From Octopus sinensis (taxonomy: Eukaryota): a stretch of 58,315 nt of DNA. Where the stretch lies: positions 1 through 58,315 of the forward strand of contig NW_021833306.1 in NCBI RefSeq assembly GCF_006345805.1, written 5' to 3'. The position numbers and the translations under genes are program-made. Positions 1-11,510 of the stretch are shown here, piece after piece. How positions within the stretch are numbered: the stretch's first letter is position 1; the number at the start of each line of letters is the position of its first letter. Below the pieces are notes generated by a model. It worked only from the letters and a program-made list of their open reading frames with translations. It made no database searches and was not told where the DNA came from.

Positions 1-392
1 CCACGACTGTGCACAGTTCTCTTCTCTATCCAAATCATTATATCAGGTCTGTTGTGCTTACATTTTACTGAGGTTTTCAGTGGTACATTTTTTCAGTATT
101 CCTTTTTATTATGAGTGGCTATGGCCTCTACCATACTGTGGCTTCTTATTTGTTTGTCCTCGTGTTATCCTTCCGATGGATTTCATTATAGAGTGTCGTA
201 GCTACATCATGTCTCATCGGTAGATAAAACCGTGATGACATTTTCGGACAACTGCTTATGATGTGCGTGATATCCTCAATGTGAACTCCACAAAATCTGC
301 ATCGGTTGTCACATTTTACTGCTTTTCCTGCATCTCTATCCCTTTTGTGCATCAGGTACTTGGTTGATATTTCCTGTTCCTGGATTACATGC
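1..392 (-). mobile_element. RLE-type (R4/Dong-like) non-LTR retrotransposon 3' fragment, running off the window edge
   Basis: Minus-strand translation has the C-terminal zinc knuckle CRFCGVHIEDITHIISSC..RHD. It is followed, frameshifted, by an HNRPDIMIW restriction-like endonuclease motif. Confidence 0.8.
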
Positions 393-394
393 GG

Positions 395-715
395 GCATAT
401 ATGTATGTCTGTATGTACATACGCGTGGGGTGTGTGTATGTATGTATGTACGCGTGGGGTGTGTGTATGTATGTATGAACGTGTGGGGTGTGTGTATGTA
501 TGTATGTATGTATGTATGTACGCGTGGGGGGTGTGTGTGTGTATGTATGTATGTATGTACGGAAGTGTGTGCATACGTGAGTATAAATACGTATGTATGT
601 ATGTGTTTGCGTATGTATATGCATGAGTGTGTAACATGTGTGTGTGTGCAGCGAATTTTTGTGACATATATATATGTTTATGCGTTGTTTATGCATGTGA
701 TATGTGCATACAGAC

Positions 716-812
<97 letters not shown>
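395..812. repeat. Compound (TATG)n/(TG)n/(TA)n microsatellite
   Basis: Directly visible. It explains the HT/YV/IY low-complexity ORFs. Confidence 0.95.
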
Positions 813-813
<1 letters not shown>

Positions 814-822
814 GTGTGTATA

Positions 823-963
823 GGCGCAGGAGTGGCTGTATGGTAAGTAGCTTGCTTACCAACCACTGTGTAGCACCTTGGACAAGTGTCTTCTACTTTA
901 GCCTCGGGCTGACCAAAGACTTGTGAGTGGATTTGGTAGGCGGAAATTGAAAGAAGCCCGTCG
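823..963 (+). mobile_element. tRNA-derived SINE family A, 5' head (internal deletion)
   Basis: GGCGCAGGAGTGGCTGT.TGGTAAG head, CCTTGG(G/A)CAAGTG CORE-like segment and GGATTTGGTAG..GAAAGAAGCCCGTCG, shared with more than 10 copies in the window. Confidence 0.85.
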
Positions 964-1054
964 TATATATGTATATGTATATATATATATACTAGCTGAA
1001 GGGGACCCTCTCTACGCGCGGGTAAGAGTGTGGTTGTTACTTTCTGTTGCTTCC

Positions 1055-1368
1055 TTTCAGCACGTAAAAAGCACCATCCGAACGTGGCGGATTGCAGCGC
1101 CGCCTTGACTGGCTTCTGTGCTGGTGGCACGTAAAAAGCACCAACCGATCGTGGCCGCTGCCAGCCGCCCTTGCACCTGTGCAGGCGGCACAAAAAGCAC
1201 CCACTACGCTCACAGAGTGGTTGGCGTTAGGAAGGGCATCCACCTGTCGAAACACTGCCAGATCAGACTGGAGCCTGGTGCAGACTCCTGGCTTCCCAGA
1301 CCCCTGTCAAACTGTCCAACCCGTGCTAGCACGGAAAACGGACGTTAAACGATGATGATGATGATGAT
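1055..1368 (+). mobile_element. SINE 3' portion (family C) with (GAT)n tail
   Basis: Three diverged ~65-bp units starting CAC(GT)AAAAAGCACC (1061, 1128, ~1189). Then GGCGTTAGGAAGGGCATCC, a 3' stem-loop CCGTG-CTAG-CACGG and a (GAT)6 tail. Confidence 0.65.
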
Positions 1369-2051
1369 TCTCCCTCTTTGTTTCTTTCTCCTTTCTCTCT
1401 CACTTTCCCACTCTCTTACTCTTCCTTTCTCTCGGACTCTCCCTCGCTTCTCTTACTCTCTATCTTTATTATCTCTCTCCCTTTATAAACAACAAAAGAT
1501 CTTGAGTAAGTTGAGAAATAAAATATTTAGAAAGATCAATCATAAATATCAGGCAGTTACAAAGGAAAGGTCTGCTTCAAGACAGACAGCAAAACAGTAG
1601 TAACATTTAAAAGGGACAGACGAACTTGCGATCTGATGAAAAAAATAATAAAATATGGAAAGCAAAGTTTGAAGGGATAGAATTTGAGGATAGTAGAGTC
1701 ACCAGCTGGCATTTCTTAACGACGGACAGCAACGTATTGACAGTTCAACGGCTGGCGTAAAAGTTTGAACTTGATGTAAAAGAAAATCCCTAAAAACCAA
1801 GTTTTGACTTGATTTTTCTCACGACAGTAGACTCACGATGGCAAGCATTGAAAACTTCTTCATCATGGACGGCAACACATTGACGATTAAAAGGCTGGAG
1901 CAAATTTTTTAGCTTGATGTAACAGAGAATTGCTAAACACCGCTCCTTTAAATTTTAATCCCCTCCAGCCCCATTTATACCCCTTTTCACCTTTTGGTTA
2001 ATATAACCCGATTTAATTTGGGTCTACGGGGCCACATTTTATAAGATGAGG

Positions 2052-2249
2052 ACTCAACCAAGTTTCCCAAGTTCTGGTCATAGACCATAGAACACTCAAC
2101 CAAGTTTCCCGATTTCTGGTCATAGACCATAGAACAGTCAAGCAAGTTTCCCGAGTTCTGGTCATAGACCATAGAACACTCAACCAAGTTTCCCGATTTC
2201 TGGTCATAGACCATAGAACACTAAACTAAGTATCCCGAGTTCTGGTCAT
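2052..2249. repeat. 42-bp minisatellite, ~4.7 copies
   Basis: Unit ACTCAACCAAGTTTCCCGA(G/T)TTCTGGTCATAGACCATAGAAC starting at 2052, 2094, 2136, 2178 and 2220. Confidence 0.95.
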
Positions 2250-2628
2250 TTGCAGAATAAATAGAGACGGCGGAGGTGGCAGACGTCGTCGTTGCATGTA
2301 AACATGATTTGTTATAAGAGAAAGATTGTCCAGATTGTGTGTTGGTGGTGTTGGTGGTGGCGATGATAATTATCATTAGGAAAAAGAGTGAGTGAGTGAG
2401 GAAGACATACATAAGTTGTGGCGATGATAATTGTAGACCCCTTTTCACATTTTGATGAAGAGAACCCGATTTCATTCGGGTGTACTGGGGCTACATATAG
2501 GTGTTGTGTGTGTGTGTGTGTGTGTGCACGCTGTAGAAATTAAATTAGAGATCAAACCACTAATAGGGAAATGGAACAGTAAAAAACCAAAAACAAAAAC
2601 ATAAAAATAAAAATATATTAGATATATG

Positions 2629-2670
<42 letters not shown>

Positions 2671-3246
2671 GACAGGTAGACAATAGAATGCGATGGCGAT
2701 GGGGATGGCGATGTAATATTTGTTACTGTCCATGAACGCTGATAGATACATGAGTAAAATGTATAGGAAGGTAAGAAATAAGAGTGAGTGAAAATGTTCT
2801 TGGAAGAGAGTAAATAGCTACAGAGTGATTTGAGGAAGACTTTACATTAAATAACGGTAGTTGCATTGTCAAATGAAGAGGAGTGACAGAGTACTGGAGG
2901 AAATAGGGTGAGGTAGGAAGATGTCCCCTAGCAACCACACCTTTTAAGCTAGGGATTTCTAAGGTAGCCCACGCGCATCGTCACCTCATTCTACATGTCC
3001 GTGTAAATTTTGGAGCGAATCGGACGGGATGTAGTGGCATTGAAAGCGAACCAAGCGGTAAAAACGCATTTCAGTTTTATATATAGATATAATATATATA
3101 TATATATATATATATTATTATATATATATATATATATATATTATATTTAATTAGAGACAAAACCACTTATGCAAATCAAACAAAGAAAGACTTAAGCCAA
3201 TACATAAATTAATTTATATAAATTTAGAAATTTAACAATATAAAAT

Positions 3247-3307
3247 AACCACTACGATCGTTTCATGTCTTATTTCAGCACATCTTTGAGACATTCTTCA
3301 GGTGGTT
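3247..3307 (-). ncRNA. Type I hammerhead ribozyme, canonical core
   Basis: Minus strand reads AACCAC-CTGAAGA-ATGTCT[loop]AGACAT-GAAA-CGATCG-TA-GTGGTT. Stem I is 6 bp, stem II 6 bp, stem III palindromic, with a GUA cleavage triplet. Confidence 0.85.
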
Positions 3308-3333
3308 TCAAAGCCTTCTTGGCGAGTTTTAAA

Positions 3334-3374
<41 letters not shown>

Positions 3375-3376
<2 letters not shown>

Positions 3377-3597
3377 CCGCGTTTGTGTGTCTCTGTTTGT
3401 CCCTACAATATCGTTTGACAACCAATGCTGGTGTGTTAACGTCCTCGTAATTTAGCGGTTCGGCAAAAGAGACCGATAGAATAAGTACTTGGGTTTACAA
3501 AGAATAAGTCCTGGGGTCGATTTGCTCGACAAAAGGTGGTGCTCCAGCATGGCCGCAGTCAAATGACTGAAACAAGTAAAAGAGTAAAGAGAGTAAG
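3375..3597 (+). mobile_element. SINE family A, 3' half
   Basis: Contains TTGACAACC..CGTAA.TTAGCGGTTCGGCAAAAGAGACCGATAGAATAAGTAC..CTGGGGTCGATTTG..GCTCCAGCATGGCCGCAGTCAAATGACTGAAACAAGTAAAAGAG. Confidence 0.85.
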
Positions 3598-3712
3598 GGT
3601 CTGTATATGTGCGTGTGTGCATGCATGTGTGTGTGCGTGCGTGTGTGTGCGCGCGTGTGTGTGTGTGCATGCGCGTGTGTGTGTGTGCATGCGCGTGTGT
3701 GTATGTCGGTAT

Positions 3713-3751
<39 letters not shown>

Positions 3752-4456
3752 AGCATGAACACAGTCGCACATTGAGCGAACAGGAATTTTTATTCGATTG
3801 AGATCGAAAATGGTAATGATAATAACACTAATTAGTTAGAAATTCTTCTCGAATGGAACGGGGAAGAAAACTCCTAAATTTAAAATGACATTGAATTGAC
3901 TTTAAAAGAAATGAGTTTGACTTTTGGTGACTATGGTAATGACAGCAGATACGTTTCGGTCTTATTAAGACTTTTCAGTAAAGTATAGCACAACGTGATT
4001 ACCAAGACTCTCAATAAGGCATAGTTTTGGTGTAAAAATAATTCCCTGATTTGGCAATTTTCAAATAATGACATTGACAAATGAGAATTTTCTCTGACAA
4101 ACAACACTGGAGATTCAAAGAGATAAGAAATTTTAATCAAGACCTGGTGGAGACAAAAAAAAACATGTTAATCTTTTATAATTGGTAAGGCATATGTTTT
4201 GCTGAACTAGCACTGACCTAGTACCAAAGTTGTAAACCGACTTTTGGTCAATGTATACAGGTATGTATGTACGTACGTACGTACGACTTCGGTGCATGAG
4301 TGTGAATGTGCACGTGTTCACAAATAGATGTATGCATAATATTAAATTGTGGCACAGAAGGACGGCGAAGGAATAGTCGGAATAAAGGTAAAACGACGTG
4401 GACACTGTCACCCCTCGTCAGTAATCGACCAAACATCATCACAATTTCGACTACGC

Positions 4457-4506
<50 letters not shown>

Positions 4507-4508
4507 AT

Positions 4509-4537
<29 letters not shown>

Positions 4538-4539
<2 letters not shown>

Positions 4540-4790
4540 CACACCTTGAGCTTCAGGCACTGGGATAAAAAAAAACGACCAAATTATCCAGTAATATATG
4601 GTCCTTAAAAGATAAAGGTGTCAGTTACAACATCCATTGGAAAATCTTAGCTAAGTGTAATCCCTACACCACGGCAGTGGAAAGTGCGGTCTTTGTGATA
4701 TGGAAAAGCAGCTTAGATCACGCCACATGTCTAAATTCAAGAACTAAACTTTTCCGATCATGTTCATATGTGGCTAAATAGTTGTTACGT
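4538..4790 (+). pseudogene. Penelope-like element, C-terminal part of GIY-YIG endonuclease (frameshifted)
   Basis: Joined frames read TKLSSNIWSLKDKGVSYNIHWKILAKCNPY / GKCGLCDMEK / CLNSRTKLFRSC. This matches the PLE C-terminus pattern LSK.IW.LK..W.IL..PY..C.LC..EK..LN.R.EL..C. Confidence 0.75.
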
Positions 4791-4939
4791 TTTGGGTCCC
4801 ACCGAGATTACAGATAGGACTTGCTTCTTTTTTATATTGTGTCCACGTACAAGCTTTTTATCTCCCTATACTCTTTACTTATATTTCTTATATATTTTTT
4901 ATATATTCTTTTACATATTTATAGAGATATTGTTTGATA

Positions 4940-5668
4940 GGTTTATTGCTCATATTTTTTATACATATTTTTTCTGTATTTTACCTTCCACCCTGCGTTT
5001 TTCCTGTGCGTATATAGGCGTGTATATGGGTTTTGTTTGTGCGCGCGTGTGGATGTGTGCGTGTGTGCGGGTATGTGCGTATATAGACGTGTGTGTGTGT
5101 GTGTGCGTGCATGCGAGTATGTGCGTATATAGACGTGTATATGAACATTTTTGTGCGCGTGTGTGCGTGTGCGTGTGTGTGTATGCAGAAATTATTTTTT
5201 GGCTACTGTGGGGATGTGCATGTATGTGTTTCAAGTGAGTGTGGACGAGCATATGCACATAGGCACATGTATGTGGGTGTGCGTGTGCGCATGTGTATGT
5301 ATGGACATGCGCTCACACGCGATCGCCATGAGCATATTTACACCTTTACTTTTTTTTCTTATTGCTTATTTTTTTTCACTTTTTTACACTTTTTTCTGTA
5401 TTTTGCCTTTAGCCCTGTTTTTTTCTTGTGCATTTGCGTATATAGACGTGTGCGTGAACCATCTTTGTGCGCGCGTGTGCGTGTGTGCGAGCGTGTATGC
5501 GGGTATGTTTATATATGTATTTTTGTTTAGCGAATGTGTAGGTGAGCATGTGTGTGTTTCAAGTGAGGGTGGATGAGTATATACGTATAGGCACATGTAC
5601 GTAGGTGTGCGGGCGCGTAAGTGCATGTATGGACATGCGCGCTTACGCGATTACTATGAACATTTTTA
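4940..5668. repeat. Diverged tandem duplication of a microsatellite-rich ~330-420 bp unit
   Basis: Anchors TTTTTCTGTATTTT, GTTTCAAGTGAG and TATGGACATGCGC each occur twice in the same order. Confidence 0.65.
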
Positions 5669-5780
5669 CTCCCCTTACTTAGCGGTCATTCTAATAGCAC
5701 TTTTGTCTTAATAACGGTTAATCACACAGTGAATTCCCTTTGCTTAACGGTCATTTTCATAGCATTTTTTTCGATGGACC

Positions 5781-5842
5781 GATAGCTGAAGAGATGGCGG
5801 CGGGGGATTCCGCACGCGAGATCTGAAACTCGAAGTTTTATC
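5781..5842 (+). ncRNA. Candidate (imperfect) type I hammerhead in a PLE-like fragment
   Basis: GATAG-CTGAAGA-GAT[GCGG..CCGC]ATCT-GAAA-C(TCGAA)G-TT-TTATC. Stem II is off-register by one nt and stem III is weak. Confidence 0.4.
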
Positions 5843-5877
5843 ATGGCTACCGAATAATTGTCACATATTATATTTAC

Positions 5878-5964
<87 letters not shown>

Positions 5965-6146
5965 TGTATATATATATATATGTATGTATGTATGTATATA
6001 TATATGCATATATGTGTGTGTATATATATATGTATATATGTATCTATATCTATATCTACATATATATATATATATGTGTGTATATATGTGTATGTATGTA
6101 TGTATGTATGTATGTATGTATGTATGTATGTATGTATGTATGTATA

Positions 6147-6300
6147 GGCGCAGGCGTGGCCGTGTGGTAAGAAGCTTGCTTCCCAATCACGTATTTCCGG
6201 GTTCAGTTGCACTGCATAGCATTTTGTGCAAGTGTCTTCTATAGCTCGAACCGACCAAAGCCTTGTGAGTGGATTTGTAGACAGAAACTGAAAGAATCCT
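6147..6300 (+). mobile_element. SINE family A head
   Basis: GGCGCAGGCGTGGCCGTGTGGTAAG..GGGTTCAG..GGATTTGTAGACAGAAACTGAAAGAA. Confidence 0.8.
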
Positions 6301-6390
6301 GTGGTACTCACACGCATATACAGACACACACACACACCACACACACACACACACCACACCCAACACGCACACACACACATAGCAATAAAT

Positions 6391-6426
<36 letters not shown>

Positions 6427-6453
6427 ATATATATATTTATATATTATATATAT

Positions 6454-6501
<48 letters not shown>

Positions 6502-6850
6502 CACACGGTTGGGGTTCGTACAGTTTCTGTCTATCCATTTAACTCACTAGGTTTTGAATGTTCCGGAATTGTGCTAGAAAGACACTTAGCCATGGCTATA
6601 CAGTTAGGGTTCGAAATGGAATCCATGGGGTTATCAAGCAAACTTCTGAACCACACAGTAATTCCTTAACTTACACAGACGGGCGCACACACACATTCAC
6701 ATACATATATACTTACATACGAACATATATATATATATATATATATATACGTAAACAGATACATGTGTGTGTAGGCCATGAGTAAATATGCGTATGTACG
6801 TATGCTAGTGTACATACATATGTATACGTGTATATATACATATAAATATA

Positions 6851-6909
<59 letters not shown>

Positions 6910-7739
6910 TATATATATGTGTGTATGTATGTATGTATGTATATATGCATACATGTATGTGTGTATATGTATCTATATGTATTATGTATGTGCGTGTATA
7001 AACGTATATTCGTGCGTGTCTACGTGCATATGTGTATATGTATATAGGTGTATAGGTGTATAGGTACGTACATGTGTGTGCGTATGTTGAAGTCGAGACA
7101 GGGACAAGTTGTTTAAATTAGCTTTCCGCCTCCGTTCGAGAGACAAACAACTCGAGGATATCTTTGCGACCCGGATGGCCTTGACACGCCCTATCACTTC
7201 CCCTCCACCGCCAGCTTCATTCACTCTTATCAACCATGGAAGGGGATTTATTTCACTTAGATAGGGTTAGTGGTTAGGAAGGAAGGGGTCAGACTAATCG
7301 AGCAATAAATCTCCCCGGAGAGGGGGGACACAAACAGGGTGGTCCAATAAAGTTGCTGTATAGACTGCTACCACATTTCAATTCAAACCTTTCCTACAAC
7401 ACACGGAAGCGCACATGCACGTACACACGCGCGCGCGTGCGCACACACATGTACACTCATACATACACACATACACACACACACACACATAAACACTCAT
7501 ACACACATACATATATACACTCATACATACACCTATACACTCATACATACATATAAACACACCCACACCTCCACACACAAATACACACACACACATATAT
7601 ATATATATACACACATACACACACACGTCTGTATGTATGCGTTTGCATGTGTGTATATGTATGTGGGTGTTTATGTGTGCGTGAGTGCATGAGTGCGTGT
7701 GTATGGGCGTGTGCGTGTACGTGTATCCTCATATAACAG

Positions 7740-8012
<273 letters not shown>

Positions 8013-8197
8013 GCGAGAACGCACTTACATACCCACACCTACATGTAAGGGTGCGCATGTTTTTGTTTACGTCTGCTTACATTTCTACGTGGAGATAATG
8101 TTTTTATAAAGTCTGCGCGGGAATATACGTGTATGTATATATATCTACATACATACATACATATCTTTATATATCTTTCTCCCTATATATATACATA

Positions 8198-8240
<43 letters not shown>

Positions 8241-8557
8241 CATACACACAGACACAATGTTTCGCACTCATATAAACATATACTATGAGGGACGGAGACA
8301 CAGAGAGGGCCTCTAAATTCCAATGTCTGTTTTTCTGTATGTGCGTTCATTATTTTTCAACTAAAATATAAACAAAATCATTTGAAAATGTTTCGATCTT
8401 TTTAAACTCTAGAAATAAGCCCATGCACGTGAAAACATTTCAAGCGCATGCGAATCTGTAAAGAGAAGAATTTTTTCTTTAATATTGTAAAACATTTCAA
8501 AGATTTTGTAGCCATTATCTGGACGTTAGGAAGTAAAACGGAAGGGAGAAAGCGTGA

Positions 8558-8616
8558 ACTATCTATCGATCTATGTATCTATCTATCTGTCTGTCTATCT
8601 ATCTATATATATATCC

Positions 8617-8696
<80 letters not shown>

Positions 8697-8749
8697 CTAT
8701 CTATCTATCTATCTATCTATCTATCACTATTTATCTATCTATTTATCTA

Positions 8750-8840
<91 letters not shown>

Positions 8841-8880
8841 GTGTATATATATATATATATATATTGTGTGTGTGTGTGTG
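8558..8880. repeat. (TCTA)n then (TA)n/(TG)n microsatellite
   Basis: Directly visible. Confidence 0.95.
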
Positions 8881-9598
8881 TATGTATACATATAAGAGGG
8901 ATGACCACTAAGTGGGCATCCATTATGCTAGAGGTTGACCCCATATGCTCTGACCACTAAGAAAAGATTGCTCACAAGAAAATTCAGCAAACGCTAGAAC
9001 GTAAGCGAGCAAGACAAATGAAAAACTATAAAATAGAATGATTAATCAAAAAAACGGTTTCATTGCTTTCACATAATACTTACGTCAGTGTGATCGTCAT
9101 AACAAAATATAATTTGCAGAACTATACACGAGACATCCACATGAGATTGAATATATATATAGTTCTACCATTATATTTGGGGTTATATTTCAAAAGTCTT
9201 CGTTTTGGCGCGCCAAAATACCGGAAATAATTCTGCAGAGAATAATTCTCTGCGGTGAATTTTGCCGGTTAGAGAACATGGTTATTCAAATTTAAATATT
9301 CAAATTAATAATCAATTTTTTACCCTAACTATTTATATATGTATGTATATGCATGGTTGCTATAATGCAAAAGTGTCGTAAGCCCAAAACGTTGCTTTTT
9401 TTTCCGGAAAAGAAAAAAATGTAGTTTCACCATTCCATACCAAAGCCGTTGCTCTACACCTTGACAATTTTTGATATCTTAGAATCTGAAGCAGCCGGAG
9501 ATACGATAGTTTGATCAAAACAACCGGCTATTTCAAGATGCATCTGGCCATATCCGGACAAACGACAGTTTAGCATAATAGCAACGATGGATATGTGC

Positions 9599-9629
<31 letters not shown>

Positions 9630-9644
9630 TATATAAATACATAT

Positions 9645-9947
9645 CTTTTCCTCTTTTACTCTTTTATTCTTCTACTTGTTTCAATTATTTGACTGCTGCC
9701 ATGCTTGGGCACCGCCTTTAGTCGGTTGTCAAGCAATGTTGGGGGACAAATACAGAGACACAGACATAAATTTATACATATATACAACGGGCTTCTTTCA
9801 GTTTCCGTCTACCAAATCCACTCACAAGGCTTTGGTCGGCCCGAGGCTATAGTAGAAGCCACTTGCCCAAGGTACCACTCAATGTGGCTGAACCCGGAAC
9901 TATGTTCTTGGTAAGTAAGCTACTTACCACACAGCCACTCCTGCACC
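9645..9947 (-). mobile_element. SINE family A, near full length with internal deletion in the 3' half
   Basis: Reverse complement of both head and tail consensus. Confidence 0.85.
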
Positions 9948-9961
9948 TATATATATATATA

Positions 9962-10784
9962 CTTGGTGCAAGGTCTGATGGATCTGGTGGATGACAGAGT
10001 ACTTCCAAGTTCTTGTAACTTGGGTAACGTTCTTTCTGCAACATGTGGTGGAGCATTGTCTTGGAAGAGAATTGGCCTATCTGTATTTACCAATCTTGGT
10101 TTTTTTAATTATGCAGAACATTTGCTTTTATTGAAAACAATCCATTTTTCATTACACGTAACAATACGATGCAAAAATGGTTCACTTTTATGCCTTGACA
10201 GCAAAGAACAGTAAGTTTAAAGACGACATGTCATTTGATACTCGTTCAGTTCGTATGGTGCACACTTGTCCAGCGTTTTTACTTTGCCGATTTGTTTCAA
10301 ATGGTCCAATACAGTTGGAATCGAAGTATCAAACATTGCTGCTAATTCACGCAGAGTTTGAGATGTATCCACTTCAACTAGTTTCCAGCTCATCATTATC
10401 CACCTTGGTCTCATGTCTATCAAAGTGCTGATTTTTAAGAGTAAAGTCACCAGACCGGAACTTCTCAGAGCATCTACGTACAGTGCGCTCATCCGCCACA
10501 TCTTCACCAACACCTCATTGATGTTTCGAGCTGTCTGAGATGCATTTATTCCGCGACGGAACTCGTATTCATAAACACAAATTTTTCATCTATCCATAGA
10601 TTCACAAAAATTGATTTTCATGAGAAAACTCGCAATATAATCAGACACCATAAATTGCATTTCGAAAAATGATGTAACTCTTCAATGTTGTAAAACTAAA
10701 AATTGTCAGGATAAAACATTAAAATTAACGACTTTCAAACGACTGTCAAACTTGGTGCATAAGAAAATCGGTCTAATGACCCGA
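9962..10784 (-). mobile_element. Mariner (Tc1/mariner) transposon remnant with disrupted transposase
   Basis: Joined frames give SQTLRELAAMFDTSIPTVLDHLKQIGKVKTLDKCAPYEL (HTH plus WVPHEL-like), FLHRIVTCNEKW, ILFQDNAPPH and LCHPPDPSDLAPS. One TIR-like end with TA lies at 10785-86. Confidence 0.88.
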
Positions 10785-10843
10785 TATATGGGTGTGTGTG
10801 TATACATATATATGTGTATTTATATATGTATATGTGTATGTAT

Positions 10844-10893
<50 letters not shown>

Positions 10894-10940
10894 TATATTA
10901 TACATATATACATATATACATATATATATGTATGGTATTG

Positions 10941-10979
<39 letters not shown>

Positions 10980-10986
10980 TATATAT

Positions 10987-11084
<98 letters not shown>

Positions 11085-11109
11085 CAGATGTATAGATATA
11101 CATATATAT

Positions 11110-11490
11110 AGATAAAACTTACTTGGAAAAGGATGCGTGGCGTTCGATCATATAATAATATAAATGATAGATTAATATATGCATATATACATGCATATAT
11201 GTACATACCTATATATATGTATATATACATGCATATATGGGTACAGGACATCAAAAAAACGTTGAACACAATGAGAAACGAAAACATAAAAACAAAAACA
11301 TAGAAAACGAACTTTTTTTCGAACAACGGTGTTGTTCTCACTATCCCGCTCCTGCCACCACCCCAGCCTCCGCAAAAAATCCTAAATCCTACCCAATCTG
11401 CCTTGCGAGAAGGACCGCTCCAACTAAGTCCCGCACCGCCCCCACCTTCGAAACACGGAGCAGATGAAACATGGACAACTGATGAAGGGG
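11110..11490. repeat. Dispersed repeat, probably PLE-derived
   Basis: GATAAAACTTACTTGGAAA.GGATGCGTGGCGTTCGATCATATAATAATATAAAT recurs at ~14187. The GGGTACAGGAC segment recurs inverted near 49430. Confidence 0.55.
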
Positions 11491-11510
11491 AATACATACA
11501 TATATATATA

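Larger units (their letters stand above)
992..3087 (-). mobile_element. Composite non-autonomous Helitron (Lep1-like termini)
   Basis: Minus-strand 5' end TCTATATATAAAACTGAAATG at 3087. The 3' end has an imperfect hairpin (ACCCGCGCGTAGAGAGGGT) then CTAG|T at 992. That both ends belong to one element is inferred. Confidence 0.55.

Noticed and set aside
2052-2249. Minisatellite as a CRISPR array
   Set aside because: Units are contiguous with no unique spacers, there are no cas genes, and the context is eukaryotic.
3950-3978. Hammerhead-like CTGAAAA..GAAACGTA on the minus strand
   Set aside because: Core G8 is lost and there is no stem I. At best a decayed copy.
4395-4431. CTGACGA on the minus strand in a PLE-like fragment
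   Set aside because: No GAAA follows, and stem I does not pair.
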